Shown here piece after piece: positions 23,925 through 32,668 of a stretch of DNA of 59,949 bases (its first letter is position 1; every line of letters begins with the position of its first letter). The stretch is from an uncultured Oscillospiraceae bacterium (GTDB taxonomy: Bacteria > Bacillota > Clostridia > Oscillospirales > Acutalibacteraceae). Both the position numbers and the translations under genes were made by a program. The stretch lies in assembly GCA_900552115.1 (NCBI GenBank), contig URYP01000001.1, forward strand, positions 1 to 59,949. The letters run 5' to 3'. The notes under the pieces were generated by a model. That model was not told the origin of the DNA and ran no database searches. It saw nothing but the letters and a program-made list of their open reading frames with translations.

Positions 23925-25550
23925 TTATTTTACTGTGAGCTGCGCCAGCTGGATTTTGCTTAGATCGTTGTAAAGCACATTATCGAGCGTGGTGCGCGAC
24001 GCAAACACCTGGGGATGCTCGAGCAGGAAAGCATAAGGGCTGTTTTCCGCCACCATGTCCTGCAGCTCCTCTGAATACTGGGCGCGTTTGGCTTTATCGG
24101 ATTCGCCCTCAATTTTTTTGCCCAGCTCCAGCATATCCTCATGGCCGTCCGCGCTCCACTTGGCGCGCTCGCCAACCAGTTCGCCCGGCAGGAACGCCAG
24201 CTGGTTGTTGATATCGAAATAGTCCGGGCTCCAGTGCATCAACAGGAACGGTACCTCGCCGTTGCGGTAAGGATCGATGACCACGCTGAACTCGCTGGTC
24301 TTAATATTCACGGTGATGCCGATCTGAGCCAGATCGTTTTTGATTTTCTGGGCGATATCGGTCCATTTCATGCCCGCGGTTTCATAATTGGCCGCATTCA
24401 GTTCAATGGTAAAACCCTTCTCGTAGCCGGCCTTTTTCATCAGCGCCTTGGCCTTTTCAATGTCCTGATAGTTGTCATCACGGGTTTTGGCCCCGGAAAA
24501 TCCCTGCTGTACAAAGGTCAGCGGCAACACCGCGCCTTCGCCGCACATGGCTTTCAGGCCCTTATAATCTATGGCGTAACGCACCGCCTGCTGAACGTCC
24601 GGGTTGGCCATTTCCTTACCAATTTTGGGATCGTTGTTCATCAGCAGGAACGTCATCTGGGCGGTGAGGCCCCGTTTAATGGCCACATCGCTGTTGCCTT
24701 CAAGCTGGCCCACGTTGTCCTGGTTCAGGGAGAGGGCTATGTCAATCTCACCCTTTTGGATCATCTGGATTTGGGTGTTGGTGTCCGGGATTTCCTTGAG
24801 AATGATTTTTTCCACATTCCCGGTCTCACCCCAGTACTCTTTGTTTTTCTCCAGCACCAGTTCGGTGCCCTTCGTCCAGCTCTTGAGCACAAACGGGCCG
24901 GAACCGGCGGAATGCTGGTCGAGATAGGTCTGGGCCTTATCGGTTTTGCTGGCGTCGGCCGCATCGGTGCCGCCGTTCTGCTTCACCAGTTCGCTGTCCA
25001 ACACACAAAAGGCGTTGGAAGCCAGTTTGGTCAGGAACGAGGCGTCTTTTTCTTTCAGCGTGATTTTCACGGTATACTCGTCCGGCGCCTCGATTTTGTC
25101 AATGCCGGCCACATGCGCCGCCGTGTTGGATTTCAGGTTCATCACACGGGTGATCGACCAGACCACGTCCTTGCTGGTCAGGGGATTGCCGCTTACAAAC
25201 TTCACATCCTGGCGCAGCGGGAAGGTATAGACCTTACCCGACTCGTCCAGCGACCATTCTTCAGTTGTCAGGGACGGCTTGGGATTTTCAATATCTTCGC
25301 CCTCAATGCGGAACAGCATGTCATAGGTCGCATACGTGATCATGTTGGCGTAAACTTCGTACGCCGCGCCCGGGTCCAACGTACTCAGGTCGGTCGACGC
25401 GCCTACGACGACGGTTTTAGAAGCGGACGATCCGCCCGACGCATCGCCCGGGCCGTTTTTGCCCCCGCCGGTACAGCCGCTCGCGGCGCCGATCATCAAC
25501 ACGCCGGCCATAGCGGTACAGGCCGCTTTCAGCCAATGGTTTTTACTCAT
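23925..25550 (-). CDS. ABC transporter substrate-binding lipoprotein, family 5 (peptide/nickel)
   Basis: Lipobox GAASGC after the signal peptide. 541 aa with SBP_bac_5-like sequence throughout. Confidence 0.9.
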   Translation of the reverse strand: MSKNHWLKAACTAMAGVLMIGAASGCTGGGKNGPGDASGGSSASKTVVVGASTDLSTLDPGAAYEVYANMITYATYDMLFRIEGEDIENPKPSLTTEEWSLDESGKVYTFPLRQDVKFVSGNPLTSKDVVWSITRVMNLKSNTAAHVAGIDKIEAPDEYTVKITLKEKDASFLTKLASNAFCVLDSELVKQNGGTDAADASKTDKAQTYLDQHSAGSGPFVLKSWTKGTELVLEKNKEYWGETGNVEKIILKEIPDTNTQIQMIQKGEIDIALSLNQDNVGQLEGNSDVAIKRGLTAQMTFLLMNNDPKIGKEMANPDVQQAVRYAIDYKGLKAMCGEGAVLPLTFVQQGFSGAKTRDDNYQDIEKAKALMKKAGYEKGFTIELNAANYETAGMKWTDIAQKIKNDLAQIGITVNIKTSEFSVVIDPYRNGEVPFLLMHWSPDYFDINNQLAFLPGELVGERAKWSADGHEDMLELGKKIEGESDKAKRAQYSEELQDMVAENSPYAFLLEHPQVFASRTTLDNVLYNDLSKIQLAQLTVK

Positions 25551-26683
25551 CCTTGTTCCTCCTCTGGTTTAGTATACAGATGACAGGCCACAAAGTGCCC
25601 TGCGTCTTCCTCTTTTAAGTCCGGCCGCACCTGCCGGCATATATCCATCGCATGCGGGCAACGAGTGTGAAACGGGCAGCCGGGCGGTACGGCAGAGGGG
25701 CTGGGAAGGTCCCCTTTGAGCAGTATCCGCTCCGATTCCTGTCCGTCCACGGCCGGTATGGCGGAAATCAGCGCCTTGGTGTAGGGATGCATTGCCCGGT
25801 CGTAAATGCGTTCAGCGGGAGCCACCTCGACCAGACGGCCGAGATACATCACACCGATCCGCTGGCAGCAGTGCTTCACTACGCTCAGATTGTGGGATAT
25901 AAACAAATAGGTCAGATTCAGCTGCTGCTGCAGGTCCATCAACAAATTGATGACCTGCGCCTGAATCGACACGTCCAGCGCCGATACCGGCTCGTCACAC
26001 ACAATGAGCCGGGGATTCAGCGCCAATGCCCGCGCGATGCCCACCCGCTGCTTTTGCCCGCCCGACATCTCGTGCGGATAGCGGAACAAATAGTTACGGG
26101 ACAGGCCCACCATATCGCACAGCTCCCGCACCTTGTTAATGCGTTCGCTTTTATCGTAAAGATGATGGATTTTATAGGGTTCGGTCAGGATATCCTCGAT
26201 TTTGCGCCGGGGATTCAGGCAGGAGGACGGATCCTGAAAAATCATCTGCGACTGGCAGCGGAACCGTTTCAACGCCTTTCCTCTCAGCCGGGATATATCC
26301 TGCCCATCGAACAGCACCTGCCCGCCGGTGAGCGGCGTCAGGCGGAGAAAGGTCTTGCCCAGCGTGCTTTTGCCGCAGCCGCTTTCTCCCACCAGGCCAA
26401 AGGTTTCCCCCCGCCGGATGGAAAAGGACACGTCGTCCACCGCTTTCACCAGCGCCTTTTTGCCCCGGCTTTTCTTCACTTCAAAAAACTGCCGCACGCC
26501 TATGGCTTCCACTAAAACATCCGGGTCCGCCTCGGCGGGCATTTCCGGCTGGGAATCCTTTAGCGGCGCGATATCCGTTTCCGGTTCCTCGCTCAGGCTG
26601 GCGTAAACGCCGGCGCTGATGCGGGCTTCCCGTTCCAGCTGCTCCGGTTGCTTTTCCTGTTCTTGATTCATGATGCTGGCCAC
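25547..26683 (-). CDS. ABC transporter ATP-binding protein (OppF/DppF-like) with acidic N-terminal extension
   Basis: Walker A GESGCGKST, signature MSGGQKQR, Walker B LIVCDEPVSALD, and a C-terminal oligopeptide-ATPase Cys/His tail. The start is uncertain (GTG 26683, ATG 26671 or a later Met). Confidence 0.88.
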   Translation of the reverse strand: MASIMNQEQEKQPEQLEREARISAGVYASLSEEPETDIAPLKDSQPEMPAEADPDVLVEAIGVRQFFEVKKSRGKKALVKAVDDVSFSIRRGETFGLVGESGCGKSTLGKTFLRLTPLTGGQVLFDGQDISRLRGKALKRFRCQSQMIFQDPSSCLNPRRKIEDILTEPYKIHHLYDKSERINKVRELCDMVGLSRNYLFRYPHEMSGGQKQRVGIARALALNPRLIVCDEPVSALDVSIQAQVINLLMDLQQQLNLTYLFISHNLSVVKHCCQRIGVMYLGRLVEVAPAERIYDRAMHPYTKALISAIPAVDGQESERILLKGDLPSPSAVPPGCPFHTRCPHAMDICRQVRPDLKEEDAGHFVACHLYTKPEEEQG

Positions 26684-26719
26684 GCCTTTCCTGTCTGGTA
26701 GTCGTATAAACCCGCAGGA

Positions 26720-27703
26720 CTATACGGTTTTGCCCGCCTCTTCCATGACTTTAAAACAGCGGACACAACGGCCGTCGTCCAACACGGTCAGCGGCGGCGC
26801 TTCCTGGCGGCACCGCGCCACGGCATAGGGGCACCGGGGATGAAAATGACATCCCTGCGGCATTTCGTCCGCATCCGGCACCATGCCTTCGATCGCTTCC
26901 AGGCGGTCCGCCTGCTCGCTGATTTTCGGCAGGGCCCGGATCAGCCCTTGCGTGTACGGATGGAGAGGCTGCGAAAACAACTGGGAAACCGGTGCGCTTT
27001 CCACCACCTGCCCGGTATAGAAAATCAACACCCGGTCGCAAAAATCCGCCACAATACCCAAATCGTGGGTAATCATGATAATGCTCATGGACTGCTTTTG
27101 CTTGATCGCCTTCATCAGTTCCAAAATCTGGGCTTGAATGGTCACATCCAGCGCCGTGGTCGGCTCGTCCGCAATCAGCAGGGACGGCTGGCAAGCCAGC
27201 GCCATGGCAATCATCACCCGCTGCCGCATGCCGCCCGACATCTGGTGCGGATACTCGCGGAACCGCTGCTCGGGGTCCGGAATGCCGCACAGCCGCAACA
27301 GGTCGATAGCCTTTTCCTTAGCCTGGGAGCGGTTCAGCTTCTGATGCAGGAACATGACCTCCATGATTTGACGGCCGCAGGTTTGTATGGGGTTCAGCGA
27401 CGTCATCGGCTCCTGAAATATCATGGACAGCTTGCTTCCCCGGAAGTCCTGCATTTTCCTGGCAGGCAGCGCCAGCAGGTCTTCCTCCTGTAAAAAAATA
27501 TGTCCCGCCACCTTCGCCGTATTGGCCGGCAGAAGCCCCATAATTGCCAGGGACGTAACGCTTTTTCCACTGCCGCTTTCCCCGACAATGCCCAGCGTTT
27601 CCCCTTTTCCCAGAGAAAAACTCAGATCGTCGATGACACGGACAGTCTGCTCACCGCCGGTGAATTCCACCGATAAATCTTGTACCCGCAGCAGTTCTTC
27701 CAT
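26720..27703 (-). CDS. ABC transporter ATP-binding protein (OppD/DppD-like)
   Basis: Walker A GESGSGKS, signature MSGGMRQR, Walker [13 protein letters not shown]. Confidence 0.92.
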   Translation of the reverse strand: MEELLRVQDLSVEFTGGEQTVRVIDDLSFSLGKGETLGIVGESGSGKSVTSLAIMGLLPANTAKVAGHIFLQEEDLLALPARKMQDFRGSKLSMIFQEPMTSLNPIQTCGRQIMEVMFLHQKLNRSQAKEKAIDLLRLCGIPDPEQRFREYPHQMSGGMRQRVMIAMALACQPSLLIADEPTTALDVTIQAQILELMKAIKQKQSMSIIMITHDLGIVADFCDRVLIFYTGQVVESAPVSQLFSQPLHPYTQGLIRALPKISEQADRLEAIEGMVPDADEMPQGCHFHPRCPYAVARCRQEAPPLTVLDDGRCVRCFKVMEEAGKTV

Positions 27704-27917
27704 ATTCTCAACCCGGTTCTTTCTGGTTTATCGCGTCAAAGCGTTAAACCGACTTTGCTGACCCATCCTCTGCCGCCGGACACCCATACCCGGTGGTTTT
27801 GGGCCGTTCATTTTATATATTGCGGAGGCCTGGCGAATGATGGAGTGTTCCCGACAAAGGCGGATAAATTATCCTCCGGCATCTTTCCCCGGCATCCCTC
27901 TTCTAGCTTGAGGCTAT

Positions 27918-27946
27918 AGTATAGCACATTTTGCCGACTATGGCAA
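27918..27946 (-). promoter_or_regulatory. Candidate sigmaA promoter of the ABC operon
   Basis: On the minus strand: TTGCCA, 17 nt, TATACT. This implies a ~210-nt 5' leader. Confidence 0.55.
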
Positions 27947-27980
27947 ACCTTTTGCGCCACTTTCCCCATCTGCATTCACG

Positions 27981-28022
27981 AAAAGCCGCCCGTCAAAAGC
28001 GCGATCGGCGCTTGACGGACGG
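27981..28022 (-). terminator. Terminator of the desulfurase-sortase-thiI-cinA::spoIID operon
   Basis: Long hairpin CCGCCCGTCAAAAGCGC, loop GATCG, GCGCTTGACGGACGG (one mismatch), followed on the minus strand by CTTTTC. Begins 14 nt after the stop at 28036. Confidence 0.75.
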
Positions 28023-28035
28023 CCGTATATCGATG

Positions 28036-31000
28036 TCACCATTTGGGAGCCACCAGCTGTGCGGCGGACGAGCTGCTGATAGAATAATAATGGCGCAAAA
28101 TTTGCTGGTAATTCCACCCCGCCTCGTTGGCGTATCCGATCGCTCCCATCTGGCTGAGCCCCACCCCATGGCCATAGCCATAGGTCGTGATCGTCAGGCT
28201 CTGTTTTTTGCTGTCGTAGGCCGTCACCGCAAACGCGTGCGAACGCATACGGCTTCCAATCGCGGTGCGCAGCTGCGGCCCGGTCACATATTGCTTGCGG
28301 CCGTTTTTGTCCGTATAGTACCAGTTGGTCTTGGTAACATAGCGGGACGAACCATCCGTTTCCAGCGCATAAAGCGGCGGCTTGCCGTTTTTCGCGTCAT
28401 AGCCGACCGTACCGCTCCCCTGATTCTCCTTTGCCCAGTCCTGCAATTCTTTTTTGAGCTGATCCACCGTGATGGTAAAGGAGGAAGTCCAGCGGTCGGT
28501 GCCTGCGCTGTATTTGCCGATATACGCATCCGAATCATAGGGGCTGGTCACGCTCCGCAGATAGGGCAGGCTGCCCCAGAATACCTTCTGGCAGTTGGCT
28601 GTCACCCCGGCGCTGGAGGCATAATACATGGTGTTGCAGGCTAAGGATTTTAGCGACGACTGCGTCGTATCCAGCACCTTGACCCCCAGCACACTTCCTA
28701 CCGCGTCGTATATCTTGCGGTCGGAGGCCACCGACGAGGGATTCATGGATGGCATGGGAAACGCGTATGGTTTGTCATATTCGGAAACATACCAGATCAC
28801 ATAGGTGTACGAGGCGACCGCCTGGGCTTTCCAGGCCTCAGAGGAATACAGTCCGTACCGTTCAGCCCCCATTTCCCGTTTAACAAGCCGTGCCAGCGCG
28901 GTCTGCAGCTCCGTCTTGTTTTTGGGCTTTGTCACCTTTCCGGTAGAACTGTCCTTCACCTGAAACAGCTGCATAAACTGTGTTTCGGATATTTTTCCCG
29001 CCTGCAGGCCCGCCGCGGAACCGGCAGAGGACCCCGGTTTGGCGGCCGTCGTCGTCCGCCGTGTCGTGGTGGTGGTTTTGGCGGCCGTCCCTTTGGTTAC
29101 GGCGGAACCGCCTGCCTGACCGGTTGCTGTTGTTACAACAGCTATGGAATTCCGGGAGGTGGATTTCGTGGTAACCGGTGTTTCTTCCATCCAGCGCGCG
29201 GGAAGCAGCGCCTGCGTATTACGGACCACGCTTGCCGTGCTGTCGTCCGCCTCTTTATCATTCGTTTGTGTACCCAATGCCGCATCCTGTGTCACAGCCG
29301 TCACGACATCGGGGAGTTTCCGGGCCGCTACCACCAGCCGGGCCCCTTTAAAGCCGGCCTCCTTGGAAGCATCGGTGGATACCAGCAGAAGCCGGTCCTC
29401 CGGGGTCACGTCCACGTCGATGGTAAAAAGCGACCGTTTGCGAATCTCGGTGACAAACGTCTGGAATGCGTCTCCACCAAAACGGGACATGGTATAATCA
29501 AAATAGTCTTCGGAGGCAGGATTGCCATCCACCACCATAACGCCAAACACGTCCCAGTCAGCCCGCTCATACAGCGTATTCATATGGATCGTGCGATGTT
29601 CTTTGACAAAGGCGGCATCCATATAGCCGAGCAGGTCCGACAACATGCGGCCATCCCGCGGATTGCTGCCATAAACCACCAGCGAGCGGTTCTCCGACTG
29701 CGTGGTAAAAAACGCGGCCTCTTCATCAAAATAGAGCGCGCCTACGTCCGATTTGGTTCCATCCGAGGCATGAGTTTCATAGTAGCTGGAATCACCTGTC
29801 CTTTGCATCACCGGATAGGCGATTTGTGTATTATCGATGGACAGCCAACCGCGCACATCCTGGTTCTGGCTATACAGGTTATAGAAGTCGCTCAGCATTC
29901 CCTCCGGCGCTCCGGCGGGAGCGCCGATTGTCGCCGCGCTGTTCTTTTCGGAAGCAAACATGGAACTGAGTGTATCGACGATCCCACCGGAACCGGCCGG
30001 TGCGGATGACGGCTCAAAAAGGGTAAACAATACCCAGCACAGCACCGCGGCCAGAATCGCCACCGTACCCAGCAGCACCGCCGTACGGCGGCGATGATCG
30101 GGTTTTTCGCCTTGAGCCGGCGCCGAGGGGATTTCCGGCGCGGGGGACGGTTCTTCCTCGATGCGTTCCCCGCCGGCCATAACGGTCGGCAGCGCCTCCA
30201 GATACCGCCTGGTCAAATCCAGCGCATGGGATACCGCCATACGCCGCACGGTATCGCGGTCATCGGCACTATGCCCGGCGATAATTTTTTTAATCCATAC
30301 CCGCTTGCCGTCGGCCAGGGCAATATAAACGGTTCCCACCGGTTTGCCCTCGCTGGGCTCGGGCCCGGCAACGCCGGTAATGCCCACGCCCAGCGTCGCA
30401 TGGCTGATCTGGCGCACGCCTACAGCCATGGCGCGGGCCACTTCCGGACTCACCGCGCCGCAGTTGTCCAGCAGCTCCTGGTCGACGCCCAGCAAATGGT
30501 GTTTGATTTCTTTGGAGTAAGCGGCCACGCCGCATTCAAATACGTCGGACGCGCCCGGTACCTCTGTCAGGCGGCCGGACAGCAGTCCTGCCGTACATGA
30601 TTCCGCTGTGGCAATTTTCATCCCTTTGTCCCGCAGCAGACCGACGACCGTTTTTTGCAGGCTGCCGGCGTCCACACCATAAATGCAAATTCCCAGCCGG
30701 TTTTTCAAATCCTCCAGTATCGGTTCGCACATTCGGCGGGCCTGGTCCTCGCTGTCTGCCCTCGCGGTGACACGCAGCACCACTTCGCCCTCTTTAGCGT
30801 AAGGTGCGACGGTGGGATTGGCGCCACTAATCAAATCGGCGATCCGTTCGGCAATGGAGGATTCCGGCATGCCGAACACCCCAACCGTGTAGGAGTAAAT
30901 CCCGCCCTCTGAAAGCTTCGCCAGATACGGCGCCACATAATCGTTGAACATGGGGATCAGCTCACGCGGCGGACCGGGCAGCAGGATTACCCGCCGGCCG

Positions 31001-31425
31001 TCCTTTTCCATGGCGCAGCCGGGAGCGGTTCCGTGATCGTTGCAGAATACGGTGCACCCACGGGGCAGCCGGGCCTGCTTCTGATTGTTATCGGTCAGAT
31101 CGCGGCCGGTATTTTCAAAGTATTCCACAATCCGGCGCCAGCTTTCCTCATGCAGAACCAGCGGCAGGCCGAGAACTTCGCAAACGGTTTCCTTGGTCAG
31201 ATCGTCTTGTGTGGGACCCAGTCCGCCGGCAACAATCACGAGGTCGCTGCGTTCAAACGCCTGCCGAAACAGTAAACTCAGCCGTCCCGTATTGTCGCCC
31301 ACCGTTGACTGGTGTAGGACGGAAATCCCCTGCGCCGCCAACTCGCGGGACAAAAACTGACTGTTGGAATCCACAATATCCCCCAGCAGCAGTTCCGTAC
31401 CGACCGTTATAATTTCAGCCTGCAT
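28036..31425 (-). CDS. Fusion protein: CinA (MoCF-like plus PncC domains), TM helix, degenerate class-B-sortase-like domain, Thr-rich linker, SpoIID/LytB domain (1129 aa)
   Basis: aa 1-412: MQAEIITVGTELLLGDIVDSNS... and KIATAESCTAGLLSGRL (CinA). aa 448-470: TM helix. aa ~520-705 are colinear with the sortase domain of ORF 32669-34255 but read YGSN and STD in place of YGHN and STC. aa ~815-1115: AQAVASYTY..YYASSAG..GYGHGVGLSQMGAIGYA (SpoIID). Confidence 0.8.
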   Translation of the reverse strand: MQAEIITVGTELLLGDIVDSNSQFLSRELAAQGISVLHQSTVGDNTGRLSLLFRQAFERSDLVIVAGGLGPTQDDLTKETVCEVLGLPLVLHEESWRRIVEYFENTGRDLTDNNQKQARLPRGCTVFCNDHGTAPGCAMEKDGRRVILLPGPPRELIPMFNDYVAPYLAKLSEGGIYSYTVGVFGMPESSIAERIADLISGANPTVAPYAKEGEVVLRVTARADSEDQARRMCEPILEDLKNRLGICIYGVDAGSLQKTVVGLLRDKGMKIATAESCTAGLLSGRLTEVPGASDVFECGVAAYSKEIKHHLLGVDQELLDNCGAVSPEVARAMAVGVRQISHATLGVGITGVAGPEPSEGKPVGTVYIALADGKRVWIKKIIAGHSADDRDTVRRMAVSHALDLTRRYLEALPTVMAGGERIEEEPSPAPEIPSAPAQGEKPDHRRRTAVLLGTVAILAAVLCWVLFTLFEPSSAPAGSGGIVDTLSSMFASEKNSAATIGAPAGAPEGMLSDFYNLYSQNQDVRGWLSIDNTQIAYPVMQRTGDSSYYETHASDGTKSDVGALYFDEEAAFFTTQSENRSLVVYGSNPRDGRMLSDLLGYMDAAFVKEHRTIHMNTLYERADWDVFGVMVVDGNPASEDYFDYTMSRFGGDAFQTFVTEIRKRSLFTIDVDVTPEDRLLLVSTDASKEAGFKGARLVVAARKLPDVVTAVTQDAALGTQTNDKEADDSTASVVRNTQALLPARWMEETPVTTKSTSRNSIAVVTTATGQAGGSAVTKGTAAKTTTTTRRTTTAAKPGSSAGSAAGLQAGKISETQFMQLFQVKDSSTGKVTKPKNKTELQTALARLVKREMGAERYGLYSSEAWKAQAVASYTYVIWYVSEYDKPYAFPMPSMNPSSVASDRKIYDAVGSVLGVKVLDTTQSSLKSLACNTMYYASSAGVTANCQKVFWGSLPYLRSVTSPYDSDAYIGKYSAGTDRWTSSFTITVDQLKKELQDWAKENQGSGTVGYDAKNGKPPLYALETDGSSRYVTKTNWYYTDKNGRKQYVTGPQLRTAIGSRMRSHAFAVTAYDSKKQSLTITTYGYGHGVGLSQMGAIGYANEAGWNYQQILRHYYSISSSSAAQLVAPKW

Positions 31426-31457
31426 CTTGTCTCACCTCGTCCCTGTTCATTACCGTG

Positions 31458-32636
31458 TCAGCCGATGGGCACCCGCCGGATGCCTTCCAGGGCCTCCGCC
31501 TCCAGCGCCTCCACATCCAGCGCCCGCTCCGCCTCTTCGACCTGAGCGAGCTTCGGCCGCGTGCGGGGATGTTTGGGCGTAAAGACCGTGCAGCAGTCCT
31601 CATACGGCTGTATGGACAATTCAAACGTATCAATTTTGCGGGAAATTGCCACGATTTCCTCTTTATCCATGCCAATCAGCGGCCGGAACACCGGCCGGTC
31701 ACACACGGCATCGGTGCAGGCCAGGGCCGGTATGGTCTGGCTGGCCACCTGGCCGACGCTTTCGCCGGTAATCAGCGCACCACAGTCTTCCCGCTCGGCA
31801 ATCGCCGCCGCAATCCGCATCATAAACCGGCGCATAATCAGGGTAAACAGTTCTTCCGGGCAATTCCGCTGGATCTCCTCCTGAATATGCGTAAACGGCA
31901 CAATGTGCATCGACATGCGGCCGGCATATCGCGCCACCTGCTCCAGCAGGGAGATCACCTTCTGCTCCGCGCGTTCGCTGGTATAGGGGGGAGAGGCAAA
32001 ATGCACCGGCACCAGCTGAACGCCCCGCTTGGCCAGCATATAGCCGGCCACCGGCGAGTCGATCCCCCCCGATATCAGCAGCGCGGCCCGGCCGCCGGTT
32101 CCCACCGGCATACCGCCGGCTCCCGGCTGCTGCGCCGCATGGATGTAAGCGCCGAAATCCCGAATTTCCACCATTACCTGCGCCTGTGGATGATGGACAT
32201 CCACCCGCAGGTGCGGGCAGCGTTCGAGAAGCGCCCCACCCACCTCGGCCGCGATCTGCGGCGATGTCAGCGGAAAGGTTTTATCGCTGCGGCGGGCATC
32301 CACCTTAAAGGTGGATACGCCGGCCAGCGCTTCCTGTAAATAATCCGCGGCGGCTTCCCGGATGGCGGCCATATCTTTTTCTACCACACGCGCCCGTGAA
32401 AACGCCGATATGCCAAATACGCGCGACACCCGGTCGGCGGCTTCATCCCAATCGATGAAGTCCTCCGCCGGTTCAACATAAATGGTCGACTGCGCTTTAC
32501 GGAGAGTAAACCGCCCCACAGGAGACAGCCTACGCCGCAAGTTTTTCATCAGGATCGCTTCAAATGTTCCCCGGTTCAGGCCCTTTAAAGCCAGTTCACC
32601 TGTTTTAATCAACAATATTTCCTGTACGTCCCGCAT
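31458..32636 (-). CDS. thiI: tRNA 4-thiouridine(8) synthase ThiI (no rhodanese domain)
   Basis: IKTGELALKGLNRGTFE (ferredoxin-like/THUMP N-terminus). PP-loop LISGGIDSPVAGYM. 392 aa. Confidence 0.93.
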   Translation of the reverse strand: MRDVQEILLIKTGELALKGLNRGTFEAILMKNLRRRLSPVGRFTLRKAQSTIYVEPAEDFIDWDEAADRVSRVFGISAFSRARVVEKDMAAIREAAADYLQEALAGVSTFKVDARRSDKTFPLTSPQIAAEVGGALLERCPHLRVDVHHPQAQVMVEIRDFGAYIHAAQQPGAGGMPVGTGGRAALLISGGIDSPVAGYMLAKRGVQLVPVHFASPPYTSERAEQKVISLLEQVARYAGRMSMHIVPFTHIQEEIQRNCPEELFTLIMRRFMMRIAAAIAEREDCGALITGESVGQVASQTIPALACTDAVCDRPVFRPLIGMDKEEIVAISRKIDTFELSIQPYEDCCTVFTPKHPRTRPKLAQVEEAERALDVEALEAEALEGIRRVPIG

Positions 32637-32668
32637 GATGTACTCCTCAAAATCAGATTGTATGTCTT

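Noticed and set aside
27704-27917. T-box or known riboswitch (SAM, glycine, cobalamin, lysine) in the ABC operon leader
   Set aside because: There is only a loose GGGUG..CCGGCG resemblance to the T-box core. None of the conserved cores of the other classes could be found by eye. It is kept only as an unclassified leader in the findings.
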